Part shown: positions 37,908 to 47,101 of the stretch, in pieces
How the letters are laid out: each line of letters starts with the position of its first letter
Position numbering within the stretch: position 1 is the stretch's first letter
Source of the DNA: an archaeon
GTDB lineage: Archaea; Iainarchaeota; Iainarchaeia; Iainarchaeales; JAAZKV01
NCBI GenBank assembly: GCA_041653195.1
Contig: JBAZFU010000002.1
Coordinates: forward strand, 87,639-151,638
Reading direction: 5' to 3'
DNA length: 64,000 bases
Program-made: the position numbers and the translations under genes
The notes under the pieces: model-generated
Database searches by the model: none
Told to the model about the DNA's origin: nothing
What the model saw: only the letters and a program-made list of their open reading frames with translations

Positions 37908-38795
37908 ATGTGTGGAATAATAGGCGCGGCTTACAAGGAAAAGAAAAACATCGGCAAATCGCTCGTCGAAATGGCGAAAACGCTACAGCACAGAGGAACC
38001 GACGGCGCGGGCTTCGCAATATACGGCGGTCTCGAATTAAACAAAAACGAGTACATGATAACCGTTGAAGTACTGAAAAACGTTGACGCGATTTACGGCG
38101 CGATAAATGCGGAAATAAAAAAACAGGAAGAGCTCTCGGACGAAGTAAAACGCTACACCGTATTCGCGAGTTCTTACGAGCACGTAAAAAAAATTGTTAA
38201 TCACTTAAACAGAATTGAAGGAGTAAACGTTCTCGGCGGCGGAAAATTCGAAATGATAAAAGACCTTGGAACAGTTGAAGAAATCGACAAAAAATTTAAT
38301 ATTAGCGAAAAGAAAGGAACGCACGGATTGGCACATGTGAGGTTCAGTACGGAAAGCTGCGTCGACAGGTATCATGCGCACCCCTTTCAAAGTTACATTT
38401 ATCCGGAAATAACTGTTGTGCACAACGGACAAATAACAAACTGCACCGCAGTAAGAAGAAGGCTGGCCGCGAAAGGGCACATATTCAGCACCGATAACGA
38501 CACCGAAGTAATAGTGCATTACATCGCGGACAAACTAAACGACGAATACTCCCTGGAAGAAGCGTTGGCGCAATCGGTAAAAGACATGGACGGGCCGTTC
38601 ACATACTTAATAGCCACGGCAAATGAAATTGGGATAGTGAAAGACAAACTCGCGCTTCGCCCTGGAATATTATGTGAAACAAAAGAAATGTTCGCCGCCG
38701 CATCCGAAAAAGTTGCGCTCGAATCGGTGGCAAAAAACGGGCCGTTCGAAGTGCTCACAAAAGGCGAGCACCGCGTATTCAAAATAAAAAAATAG
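37908..38795 (+). CDS. Glutamate synthase, class II glutamine amidotransferase subunit
   Basis: MCGIIGA N-terminal nucleophile, HVRFSTES and VVHNGQITN. ATG-Cys at 37908 is preferred over the upstream GTG. Confidence 0.88.
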   Translation: MCGIIGAAYKEKKNIGKSLVEMAKTLQHRGTDGAGFAIYGGLELNKNEYMITVEVLKNVDAIYGAINAEIKKQEELSDEVKRYTVFASSYEHVKKIVNHLNRIEGVNVLGGGKFEMIKDLGTVEEIDKKFNISEKKGTHGLAHVRFSTESCVDRYHAHPFQSYIYPEITVVHNGQITNCTAVRRRLAAKGHIFSTDNDTEVIVHYIADKLNDEYSLEEALAQSVKDMDGPFTYLIATANEIGIVKDKLALRPGILCETKEMFAAASEKVALESVAKNGPFEVLTKGEHRVFKIKK

Positions 38796-38817
38796 TAAAA
38801 ATTTACAGGAAAAAAAC

Positions 38818-39492
38818 ATGAAAAAAAAAGAAAACGCAAAAGTAATTGACTTAAAAGGATTAAAGCCGAGAGAAGCGAACAGGCTTGTGAAAGAAAACGC
38901 GAAAAAATACGCGAAACTCAAAATAATAAACCCTAATTCAATGAACTACCTAGCCGCAGGCTTGATAGGCGAAGCGGAAATAACTGTGGAAGGAGACTTG
39001 GGTTATTACGCGGGCTCAATGATTGACGGAATAAAAATGCGCGTCAACGGAAGATGCGGATGGTACCCTGCAGATAACATGGCCTCCGGAGAAATCATAA
39101 TTACGGGCGAGGGAGGAGACGGTGCAGGACAAGGCATGTACGGCGGAACCTTATATGTTAAAGAAAACACGAACTCGCGAACGGGACAAATAATGAAAAA
39201 CGGAACAATAATAGTCGGCGGAGACGCGGGCTTCATGACAGGGCTATACATGATGGGCGGAAAAATAATTGTTTTAGGAGATATGGAAGAGGGCGCCGGC
39301 GAATCAATGATAGGCGGAAAAATATTTTTCGGAGGAAAAGCAAAAAGCTTCGGAAAAAACGTTCAAGTAGGAAACCCGACCGCAGAAGAAATCGAAGAAA
39401 TAAAAAAATTATTTTCAAAATACAAAATAAACTCTGAACCGAAAAAATTCAAGAAATTAACGCCGAAAAAAGACAGGCCGGTGTACGGATAA
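38818..39492 (+). CDS. Glutamate synthase GXGXG-domain subunit
   Basis: Repeated beta-helix Gly pattern: VEGDLGYYAGSMIDGIKMRVNG...IIITGEGGDGAGQGMYGGTLYV...IIVGGDAGFMTG. Confidence 0.88.
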   Translation: MKKKENAKVIDLKGLKPREANRLVKENAKKYAKLKIINPNSMNYLAAGLIGEAEITVEGDLGYYAGSMIDGIKMRVNGRCGWYPADNMASGEIIITGEGGDGAGQGMYGGTLYVKENTNSRTGQIMKNGTIIVGGDAGFMTGLYMMGGKIIVLGDMEEGAGESMIGGKIFFGGKAKSFGKNVQVGNPTAEEIEEIKKLFSKYKINSEPKKFKKLTPKKDRPVYG

Positions 39493-39538
39493 AAAAATGT
39501 TTGATGACAAAATTTGAACGATAAAAAAAGATGATTTT

Positions 39539-40756
39539 ATGAAAATGTGGGAACAGGAAACAATAAACGAAATCAGGGCAAAATCCGCTGCAGGAAAATA
39601 CGTTGTAAGAGGAATGGGTTCGAAAAGAGATTTGCCCCACTTCGACAGTCTTGTGATACTTCCGGCACAAATTTCACGCCCTCCAATAGACAGTTACAGG
39701 GAGCCGTGCGAAACAAAAACGGTTATCGGAAAAAGATTTGCGAAAAAACCGTTGGAAATGGAATCACCGATAATTTTGGGCGCGATGAGCTTCGGCGCAA
39801 TAGGAAAAGACGCAAAAATCGCTTTCGCAAAAGGATGCAAAAGACTTGGAATTGCTGTGAACAGCGGAGAAGGCGGCGTGCTTCCTGAAGAAAGAAAATT
39901 CGCGGACAAATTAATTGTCCAATACGCGTCAGGCAGATTCGGAATCTCCTCAAAAATTTTGAACGAAGCGGACGCAATTGAAATAAAGATAGGACAGGGA
40001 GCGAAACCCGGAATGGGCGGACACCTAATGGGAGAAAAAGTTTCAAAAGAAGTCGCGCAAATACGCGGCATACCGGAAAAATCTGACGCGCTAAGCCCGT
40101 CAAGGCACATGGATATTGTGGGACCGGAAGATTTGTCCTTCAAAATAAACCAGCTGAGAGAAATCACGGATTGGCGAATACCAATAATAGTAAAATTCGG
40201 ACCTGGAAGAGTCGAGAGTGATGTTAAAATAGCGGCGAAAGCCGGAGCGGACGCGGTGGCGATAGACGGAATGCAGGGAGGAACGGGCGCGGCACCGGAA
40301 ATCGGAACGGAACACGCAGGAATACCAACACTTGCAGCAGTGGTTGAAGCGGACAGAGCTCTAACAGAAATGGGAATGCGAGATGATGTTGATTTAATAA
40401 TTTCGGGCGGAATAAGAAACGGCGCGGACATAGCGAAAGCGATGGCACTCGGAGCAAGCGCGGTACAAATGGCAACAGCGCCGATGATAAGCATAGGTTG
40501 CACAATGTGCAGGCAATGCCACTTAGGAAAATGCCCTGTCGGAATTGCGGCACACGGCGCGGAAGCAAAAGAAAAACTAGCAAAAGACGCGGAGCAAAGA
40601 TTCGTGAATTACGTGAACGCGACGGTAAAAGAATTGAAGATGCTTACACAACTCGCGGGACTGACAAATGTTCACAACCTTGATGTTGATGATTTGCGCT
40701 CGCTGAGCTACGAAACAAGCCTCATAACAGGAATAAAATTAGTCGGACAAAAATAA
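39539..40756 (+). CDS. Glutamate synthase FMN-binding subunit
   Basis: FDSLVILPAQISRPPID, IKIGQGAKPGMGGHL, DGMQGGTGAAP and the CTMCRQCHLGKCPVGIA cluster motif. Confidence 0.9.
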   Translation: MKMWEQETINEIRAKSAAGKYVVRGMGSKRDLPHFDSLVILPAQISRPPIDSYREPCETKTVIGKRFAKKPLEMESPIILGAMSFGAIGKDAKIAFAKGCKRLGIAVNSGEGGVLPEERKFADKLIVQYASGRFGISSKILNEADAIEIKIGQGAKPGMGGHLMGEKVSKEVAQIRGIPEKSDALSPSRHMDIVGPEDLSFKINQLREITDWRIPIIVKFGPGRVESDVKIAAKAGADAVAIDGMQGGTGAAPEIGTEHAGIPTLAAVVEADRALTEMGMRDDVDLIISGGIRNGADIAKAMALGASAVQMATAPMISIGCTMCRQCHLGKCPVGIAAHGAEAKEKLAKDAEQRFVNYVNATVKELKMLTQLAGLTNVHNLDVDDLRSLSYETSLITGIKLVGQK

Positions 40757-40773
40757 ATTATGAGTGATTCATC

Positions 40774-41010
40774 TTGCGAAAAAAAATTCAAAAAATAGAA
40801 AAACTCGGACAGAAAAGGCAGTTTCTCCCGAAAAAAAGGCTCTTGTACTGGTTCGAGGGAACCGACGGCCACATCTGCAGCAATCCTGTCATAAAAATAG
40901 ACCCAAAAACGAGACGAAAAATACAAATAATTTATGTGAGAAAAGTGGACAAAAAAACAGGCGAATTCGGAGCAATACAAGAAATAAAAATCAGTCATTC
41001 AAAAAATTAA
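40774..41010 (+). CDS. Small basic hypothetical protein (doubtful)
   Basis: 78-aa ORF in an A-rich spacer where two frames are open. No motif recognised. Confidence 0.3.
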   Translation: MRKKIQKIEKLGQKRQFLPKKRLLYWFEGTDGHICSNPVIKIDPKTRRKIQIIYVRKVDKKTGEFGAIQEIKISHSKN

Positions 41011-41019
41011 TTCACTGAC

Positions 41020-42495
41020 CTATTTCTCGCAATTTTCAGGTTTCATCTGCGGAAACAAAATAACATCCCTAATTGTTGCGGAATTCGTCAAAAGCATTAC
41101 TAAGCGATCAACACCGAAACCCATTCCACCTGTCGGGGGCATGCCGTAAGCAACCGCTTCCAGAAAATCCTCATCAATCGGATGGTTCTCACCCTTTGCG
41201 CGGCCCTGATTCTTTTGTTCCTCAAAAAACTTTCTCTGCAAAATAGGGTCATTCAATTCCGAATAACCATTTGAAATTTCCCAACCGTTAATGTAAAGCT
41301 CACAGCGCTCAATAAGCTCCTCGGGATTTTTACGCGAAGGCTTGCACAACGGCGTAGTTTCTTTCGGATACTCGGTAACAAAAGTCGGTTGAATTAAGTG
41401 AGGCTCGCAAAAGTGGGAGAAGAGTTCCGCAATCATAAGCCCGCGCTTTTTATCTTCAGGAGCAAGCTCTATCCCTTCTTTCTCGCACAATTTCAACAAA
41501 TCTTTCTCACTCATTTCCTCAACACTAATCTTTCCATATTTTTTCAACGCTTCAAACATCGTGATGCGCGCGTAGGGCGCTTTGAAATCAATTTCATTTT
41601 CCCCGTACTTTACTTTAGTGGTTCCGCAAATTTTTTTCGCAACAAACTCGAACATTTCCTCCGTGCTTTTCATCATATCAGAAAGGTCCGAGTACGCAGA
41701 ATAAAATTCGACCATAGTAAATTCAGGGTTATGAGTTTTGTCCACGTCCTCGTTCCTGAAATTCTTGCACAGAGTGTAAACTTTTTCATAACCGCCAATA
41801 ATCAATCGCTTCAAATAAAGTTCAGGCGAAATGCTCAAATAAAACTTTGATTTCCACGCATTCGATTCAGTAACATAAGGGCGGGCGGAAGCGCCGCCGT
41901 AAACAGGCTGAAGAACAGGAATCTCAACTTCCAAAAAATTTTCTTTATCAAAAAACTCGCGAATAGTTGAAACTATTTTTGAGCGTTTGAAAAAAACTTC
42001 TCTAACTTCAGGATTCATAATCAAATCAAGATAACGCTGCCTCTGCCTGATTTCAATGTCTTGCAAGCCGTGAAATTTCTCCGGCAAAGGAAGAATGGAC
42101 TTGCAAAGCATTTCAAGAGAATCGACGAGGATGCTTAATTCACCGCGTTGGGTTCGGTAAATTTTTCCCTCTGCACCGACAAAATCACCTAAGTCAACAA
42201 GTTCGAGAAGGTCGAAAGCTTCTTTTGGAGAAACTTCTTTCCTGAAAAAAAGCTGAATCATTCCCTCTGCATCAGCAAGCTTAATGAAAGCGATTGCACC
42301 AAAGGAACGTTTCGCCATAACTCTTCCGGCAACACTAAAATTCTTTCCGGTTGCCTCGTTCTTCAAATCAACAAAATCCTTCTGAAGCCGGGCGGAAGTG
42401 GCAGTCGGCGAAAACTTGTAAGGGTAAGGATTAATTTTTTTCTCATGAAGCTTCTTCAGGTTCTCCTTCTTCGCCTTAATCAAATCGTTCTCCAT
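41020..42495 (-). CDS. lysS: Lysyl-tRNA synthetase, class II
   Basis: N-terminal OB domain, CKNFRNEDVDKTHNPEFTMVEFY (motif 2) and GGMGFGVDRLVMLL (motif 3). Confidence 0.93.
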   Translation of the reverse strand: MENDLIKAKKENLKKLHEKKINPYPYKFSPTATSARLQKDFVDLKNEATGKNFSVAGRVMAKRSFGAIAFIKLADAEGMIQLFFRKEVSPKEAFDLLELVDLGDFVGAEGKIYRTQRGELSILVDSLEMLCKSILPLPEKFHGLQDIEIRQRQRYLDLIMNPEVREVFFKRSKIVSTIREFFDKENFLEVEIPVLQPVYGGASARPYVTESNAWKSKFYLSISPELYLKRLIIGGYEKVYTLCKNFRNEDVDKTHNPEFTMVEFYSAYSDLSDMMKSTEEMFEFVAKKICGTTKVKYGENEIDFKAPYARITMFEALKKYGKISVEEMSEKDLLKLCEKEGIELAPEDKKRGLMIAELFSHFCEPHLIQPTFVTEYPKETTPLCKPSRKNPEELIERCELYINGWEISNGYSELNDPILQRKFFEEQKNQGRAKGENHPIDEDFLEAVAYGMPPTGGMGFGVDRLVMLLTNSATIRDVILFPQMKPENCEK

Positions 42496-42624
42496 AAAGC
42501 ATTCCTTCCAGAATAAAGAATAAACTAAAACATTAATAATAATTGCCTAAACCCTGTTCAGGCATTGCTATGGGCGCGCAACCGAAAGTGAGAATTAAAA
42601 AGGGAAAAGGAGCTGTATAATATC

Positions 42625-43731
42625 ATGCCAGAAAAGAAAGAACAAATCATTGATCCGTGGGGCGCGGCGGACCTTGACGCCTATTCAGACGCATTCAAAA
42701 AATTCGGTTTGCACGAATTTCCACAAGAATCGAACAAAAATTTAAATCACTACCTGTTTGAGAGAAAAATAGTAATAGCGCACAGGGACTTCGGAAAAAT
42801 AATGAAAAAAATCGAGGAAAAAAAACCGTTCATAAACATGACAGGAATAGCGTCATCGGGAAGAATCCACCTTGGGCACAAAGTGGACGTTGAAATGTTC
42901 AAATTCTTCAAAGAAAAAGGCGCAAAAAACTACTTCGCAATATGTGATATTGATGCTTACGTTTCAAGGCCTGACAACAAAGTGGGCTCGATGAAAGAAG
43001 CAAAAGAATTCGCAGTAGATAATTTATCGCACGTTTTGGCTTTGGGACTGGATGAAAATGATGTTTACATTCAAAGCCAAATGGATTCAAGGTATTATGA
43101 ATTCACTTTCGAAATCAGCAAAAAAATAACCGAAAACATGTTCCAAGCAATTTACGGACACCTTGATTTGGGAAAAGCATCGGCAGTATTACTGCAAATA
43201 GCGGACATACTGCACGGCCAACTCGAAGAATACGGCGCGCCGATGCCAAGCATAACAGGAATTGGATTAGAACAGGACCCGCACGCAAGACTCACAAGAG
43301 ACGTTGCGAAAAGATTGCCGTACAAAATGGAACCGCCCTCATTCATTTACTTCAAGCACCAGGGCGGACTTCAACCCGGAGAAAAAATGTCGAGCTCAAA
43401 ACCCGAAACCGCAATATTCCTCGACGATTCTGCAACAGAAATAAAAAAGAAAATAAACAGCGCCTTCACCGGCGGACAACCGACCGCGGAAGAACACAGA
43501 AAAAAAGGCGGAAATTTGAAAGTGGACAAGGTTTACGAAATGCTCCTGTTTCATTATCCCGACACGAAGAAATTAGAAAAAATCGCCGAAGAATTTTCAA
43601 GCGGAAAAATGCTTTCAGGCGAACTGAAACAATTCGCAATAGAATTTTTTACAAAAGAGCTGGCGAAGCACCAGGAAAAGGCTGAAAAAAATAAGGAACT
43701 CGCGAAACAAATCGTTTACGGAAAAAAATGA
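42625..43731 (+). CDS. trpS: Tryptophanyl-tRNA synthetase (archaeal/eukaryal type)
   Basis: IDPWG...DAFKKFG, SGRIHLGH (HIGH-like), GLEQDPHARL and KMSSSKPETAIFLDDS...TGGQPTAEEHRKKGG. Confidence 0.9.
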   Translation: MPEKKEQIIDPWGAADLDAYSDAFKKFGLHEFPQESNKNLNHYLFERKIVIAHRDFGKIMKKIEEKKPFINMTGIASSGRIHLGHKVDVEMFKFFKEKGAKNYFAICDIDAYVSRPDNKVGSMKEAKEFAVDNLSHVLALGLDENDVYIQSQMDSRYYEFTFEISKKITENMFQAIYGHLDLGKASAVLLQIADILHGQLEEYGAPMPSITGIGLEQDPHARLTRDVAKRLPYKMEPPSFIYFKHQGGLQPGEKMSSSKPETAIFLDDSATEIKKKINSAFTGGQPTAEEHRKKGGNLKVDKVYEMLLFHYPDTKKLEKIAEEFSSGKMLSGELKQFAIEFFTKELAKHQEKAEKNKELAKQIVYGKK

Positions 43732-43760
43732 TTTTTTTAAAACAAAAAAATGGTGAAAAA

Positions 43761-45053
43761 ATGCTTGACCCGAAAATGCTCAGAGAAAACCCTGAAGAAG
43801 CGCGAAAAAATTTTCTGAAACGCGGCGACGAAAACATCGTGAAAACTTTTGACGAATGGCTTGAGAAAGACATCGAGTGGAGAGCGCTGAAACAGGGCGT
43901 CGACAATCTCAGGGCGGAAAGAAACACGGTCAGCGAAGAAATAAAGCTCGCGAAAGGAAAAGGAGATAACGCAAAATTCGAACAGCTGATGATAAGGGCG
44001 AAAGAAATCCCGGCGAAGTTGAAGGAGAAAGAAGAATTTTTGAAAGAAATCGAGCAAAGAACAGTTTCTCTGCTGGGAAAACTTCCAAACCTTTTGGATA
44101 AGGACGTGCCTTCGGGAAAAGGAGAAAAAGAAAACAAAGTAGTGCGAAAATCTGGCGCGACAAAAAAACCAAAGTTCGAGTTGAAACATCACGGCGAGCT
44201 TGCAAAAGAATTGGAGATAGCGGAATTTGAAGACGCAGTAAAAATTTCAGGAACAGGCTTTTACTATTTGAAAGGCGATTTGGCACTTCTTGATTTGGCA
44301 CTACAAAGGCTTGCAATTGACTTGCTTTTGAAAAAAGGATTTACTCTTGTACAGCCGCCGCTGATGATGAACAGAAAAGCTTACGCGGGAGTGACTGATC
44401 TCGGCGTATTTGAAGACGTATTATACAAAATAGAAAATGAGGACCTTTACCTAATCTCGACATCGGAACATCCTTTAGTTTCAATGAATACTGGCAGAAC
44501 ATTCGAAGCGAACGAAATAAAAAAACCGATTCTTTTAGCAGGGGTAAGCCCGTGCTTTAGAAAAGAAATCGGGAAACACGGACTTGACGAGAGAGGTTTT
44601 TTTAGAGTGCATCAATTCAACAAAATAGAGCAGGTTGTAATCTGCAGACCGGAGGATTCGAAAAAAGTTTTCGGAATGCTGGCAAAAAATCAAGAAGAGC
44701 TTTTCAAAAAACTAAAAATTCCTTACAGAATAATCAGCCTTTGCTCGGGAGAAGTGGGAGTTGTTTCTTCAATTACTTTTGATTTGGAAGGATGGTCCCC
44801 GCGCGAACAGAAATACATTGAACTGGGAAGCTGCTCGAACTGCACAACTTACCAATCGGCAGGGCTTAACATCAAATACAAAAAAAGCGACGGAACAAAA
44901 GAATACGCCCACACGCTAAACGCAACCATGGCGGCAACAACAAGAACGCTAAGGGCAATAATTGAAAATTATCAAACCGCAAAAGGAACAATAAAAGTTC
45001 CGACAGCACTGCAAAAATACATGAACGGAAAAAAAGAAATCAAGAAACAATGA
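43761..45053 (+). CDS. serS: Seryl-tRNA synthetase
   Basis: MLDPKMLRENPEE start preceded by GGTGA, an N-terminal coiled-coil arm, SPCFRKEIGKHGLDERGFFRVHQFNKIEQ, and TLNATMAATTRTLRAIIENYQ. Confidence 0.92.
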   Translation: MLDPKMLRENPEEARKNFLKRGDENIVKTFDEWLEKDIEWRALKQGVDNLRAERNTVSEEIKLAKGKGDNAKFEQLMIRAKEIPAKLKEKEEFLKEIEQRTVSLLGKLPNLLDKDVPSGKGEKENKVVRKSGATKKPKFELKHHGELAKELEIAEFEDAVKISGTGFYYLKGDLALLDLALQRLAIDLLLKKGFTLVQPPLMMNRKAYAGVTDLGVFEDVLYKIENEDLYLISTSEHPLVSMNTGRTFEANEIKKPILLAGVSPCFRKEIGKHGLDERGFFRVHQFNKIEQVVICRPEDSKKVFGMLAKNQEELFKKLKIPYRIISLCSGEVGVVSSITFDLEGWSPREQKYIELGSCSNCTTYQSAGLNIKYKKSDGTKEYAHTLNATMAATTRTLRAIIENYQTAKGTIKVPTALQKYMNGKKEIKKQ

Positions 45054-45078
45054 AACTTTTTTAAAAAAAATTTTCAAA

Positions 45079-45642
45079 TCATTCAAAAACTAATTGGTCG
45101 CGAACCTCTCTCGTCGAAAGGTCGAATTCGCTCTGCGGCTTAATTATGAACTTGCACGCCTGTGCTTTTAGCGCGGCACACTCAGATTCCACACAATCAA
45201 CATCAACACCGAAAGCATTTGAAAAAATTCCCGCAAAAATTCCGCGGAGCATAACGTCAACGGGCCACGAAACTTTTCCCTTCAAAGCTTGCGCAACAGG
45301 AGAATTTTCAACCAAGAGAATTGCGCGCTTCCCATTGAAATCCAAATCAATTGTTTGAACTTTTCCCCAGCCCGAAGCGGTGAAAAAAGTCATCATTAGT
45401 TCAAGAGCTTTCTCCCTGTTCAAACCGAAATCAACATCGAATTGTTTCGTGAGGTCGGATTTAACGTTCTTCTTCATGGACGCATAAATTTTTCTGTGAA
45501 GCTCGGGGTCCTGAACCTCCATAGCAGAAGTAATCACTTCAACGGGCGCAATAAGAAACGGAATATTTGCCAAGTAAAAGTTGTTATGAGTGTACTTCAA
45601 ATTGTTGGTGAAAATATACTTGTCAAAGAAAGAGTTAAGCAT
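45079..45642 (-). CDS. V4R-domain protein
   Basis: FTASGWGKV...VENSPVA...VDCVESECAALKAQACKFIIKP matches the V4R (4-vinyl reductase) small-molecule-binding pattern. Confidence 0.75.
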   Translation of the reverse strand: MLNSFFDKYIFTNNLKYTHNNFYLANIPFLIAPVEVITSAMEVQDPELHRKIYASMKKNVKSDLTKQFDVDFGLNREKALELMMTFFTASGWGKVQTIDLDFNGKRAILLVENSPVAQALKGKVSWPVDVMLRGIFAGIFSNAFGVDVDCVESECAALKAQACKFIIKPQSEFDLSTREVRDQLVFE

Positions 45643-46009
45643 TCAGACCGCCTCCATGGGCATGCCCAATCGAAGGGCTTGTTCCGGAAATTATTTCCTC
45701 GGATTCGCGCTCATACTCCTTCAAAATTTCGTGAATTGTCCTATACTTTTCCACCAGAAGAGGCCAAACTACGAGAGAATTCCCTGCATTTTTGCACATT
45801 ACAAGCTGTTTTTGAACGAGTTTTTTGATATAATAGGCGTATTTGGTGCTCATCCTGCGCTTCTTTTCACGCGAAGAGATGTCCTCATGGAAGTTCTCGG
45901 CAATCTCAAGGGCTGTAGTGGGCCAACTGTTCAAAATGAACTCAAAAATCTCTCTCTCAAGATCACTTAAACCCGAAAGGTCTGGCAATACAGAAATAAG
46001 CTTCTCCAT
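45635..46009 (-). CDS. Small winged-helix protein
   Basis: LSDLEREIFEFILNSWPTTALEIAENF... looks wHTH-like. It overlaps the downstream V4R gene by 8 nt. Confidence 0.6.
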   Translation of the reverse strand: MEKLISVLPDLSGLSDLEREIFEFILNSWPTTALEIAENFHEDISSREKKRRMSTKYAYYIKKLVQKQLVMCKNAGNSLVVWPLLVEKYRTIHEILKEYERESEEIISGTSPSIGHAHGGGLNA

Positions 46010-46147
46010 TACGCCAAAAGTAATGATTTAAGTGATATAAAAACATTTTCTTGCTGGCATGACAGAAAAAACGGATTTGTCTTATACATAATGTTGTAGG
46101 TGCTGACAAAAATTAATTTTTATTTACTTCCACAAATACTATTAGAA

Positions 46148-47008
46148 ATGAATAAAAGAGAAATTTCAAAACTGTTCAAAAAAGCGCTGAACCTGAAAGT
46201 CAATCGCATCACAGACAAATCAGTGGGCTGGGACCAGGAAGTAAAAATAGTCGAAACCGAAAACGGGAAATATGTCGCAAAATTCCCAAAAGAAGAAAGA
46301 GAAATACTTTTCAGAGAAAAATTTGGAACAGAACAATACTCCAAAGCGGGAATACCAGTTCCAAAAATAATTTACTGCGATAAAAAATGCATAATCGAAG
46401 AATTTATCGAAGGCACTTCCCTTGACAAGGCAAAACTCAATAAAGAAGAATGCAAAAAAATTTATTTCGACCTCGGTCGCCTCATGAAAAGAATGCAAAA
46501 AATAAAATCGAAAGGATACGGAAAAATTTTGCTATCAGGAAAAGGTCGATACAAAACACAAAAAAAAGCAAACACTCATCTGTTCAAAAAAAGGATAAAA
46601 TTACTGGAAAAGAGCGCACAATTCAGCCCTGAAGAAATTAAGAAAATAAAAAAATATTACAAAAAAAACGCGAAAAAGTTTTCAACGGGAAAGGCACGAT
46701 TACTGCATTACGACCTCTGCAGCGACAACATAATAATTAAAAAAAACGAAATCGCCGCAATAATAGATTTTGGCGACCTGTTTTCCGGACCGCCCTCGTG
46801 CAATTTTGTAACGCCTTATATCAACCATTTCGAAGACCATAAATTCGAACAAATACGAAAAGGATACGGCAAAATAAATCTTGAAGAAATAAAGTTTTAC
46901 GCATTCTTCAAACTAACAAGAAGAATCGCTAGACACAAAACACACCCTTACAAAAAAAGAAGATTTGAAAGATTTATGAAACTCTACAAAGAAATAGTCG
47001 GCTTTTAA
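46148..47008 (+). CDS. Aminoglycoside/choline-kinase-like phosphotransferase (protein-kinase fold)
   Basis: LLHYDLCSDNIIIKKNEIAAIIDFGD (HxDxxxxN...DFxD catalytic and Mg-binding motifs). The ATG at 46148 is preferred over the upstream GTG. Confidence 0.75.
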   Translation: MNKREISKLFKKALNLKVNRITDKSVGWDQEVKIVETENGKYVAKFPKEEREILFREKFGTEQYSKAGIPVPKIIYCDKKCIIEEFIEGTSLDKAKLNKEECKKIYFDLGRLMKRMQKIKSKGYGKILLSGKGRYKTQKKANTHLFKKRIKLLEKSAQFSPEEIKKIKKYYKKNAKKFSTGKARLLHYDLCSDNIIIKKNEIAAIIDFGDLFSGPPSCNFVTPYINHFEDHKFEQIRKGYGKINLEEIKFYAFFKLTRRIARHKTHPYKKRRFERFMKLYKEIVGF

Positions 47009-47101
47009 AATATTTTTATATTAAAAAAAATCTCTGGCAATTTAATGAATGTCCAAGAAAAAGCGAATTTTTATAAAGGAGTTTGAGCAATTAACTTAAC
47101 A

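Noticed and set aside
39694-40503. 269-aa minus-strand ORF, plus further ORFs at 39723..40103 and 40224..40583.
   Set aside because: They are antisense to the well-supported glutamate synthase FMN subunit. The Ala/Pro/Ser/Ile-rich sequence is typical of a phantom ORF opposite a GC-rich gene.
43649-44316. Three minus-strand ORFs of 128-162 aa across the trpS/serS junction.
   Set aside because: They are antisense to the Lys/Glu-rich coiled-coil arm of SerRS. The Phe/Ser/Leu-rich sequences are typical mirror artefacts.
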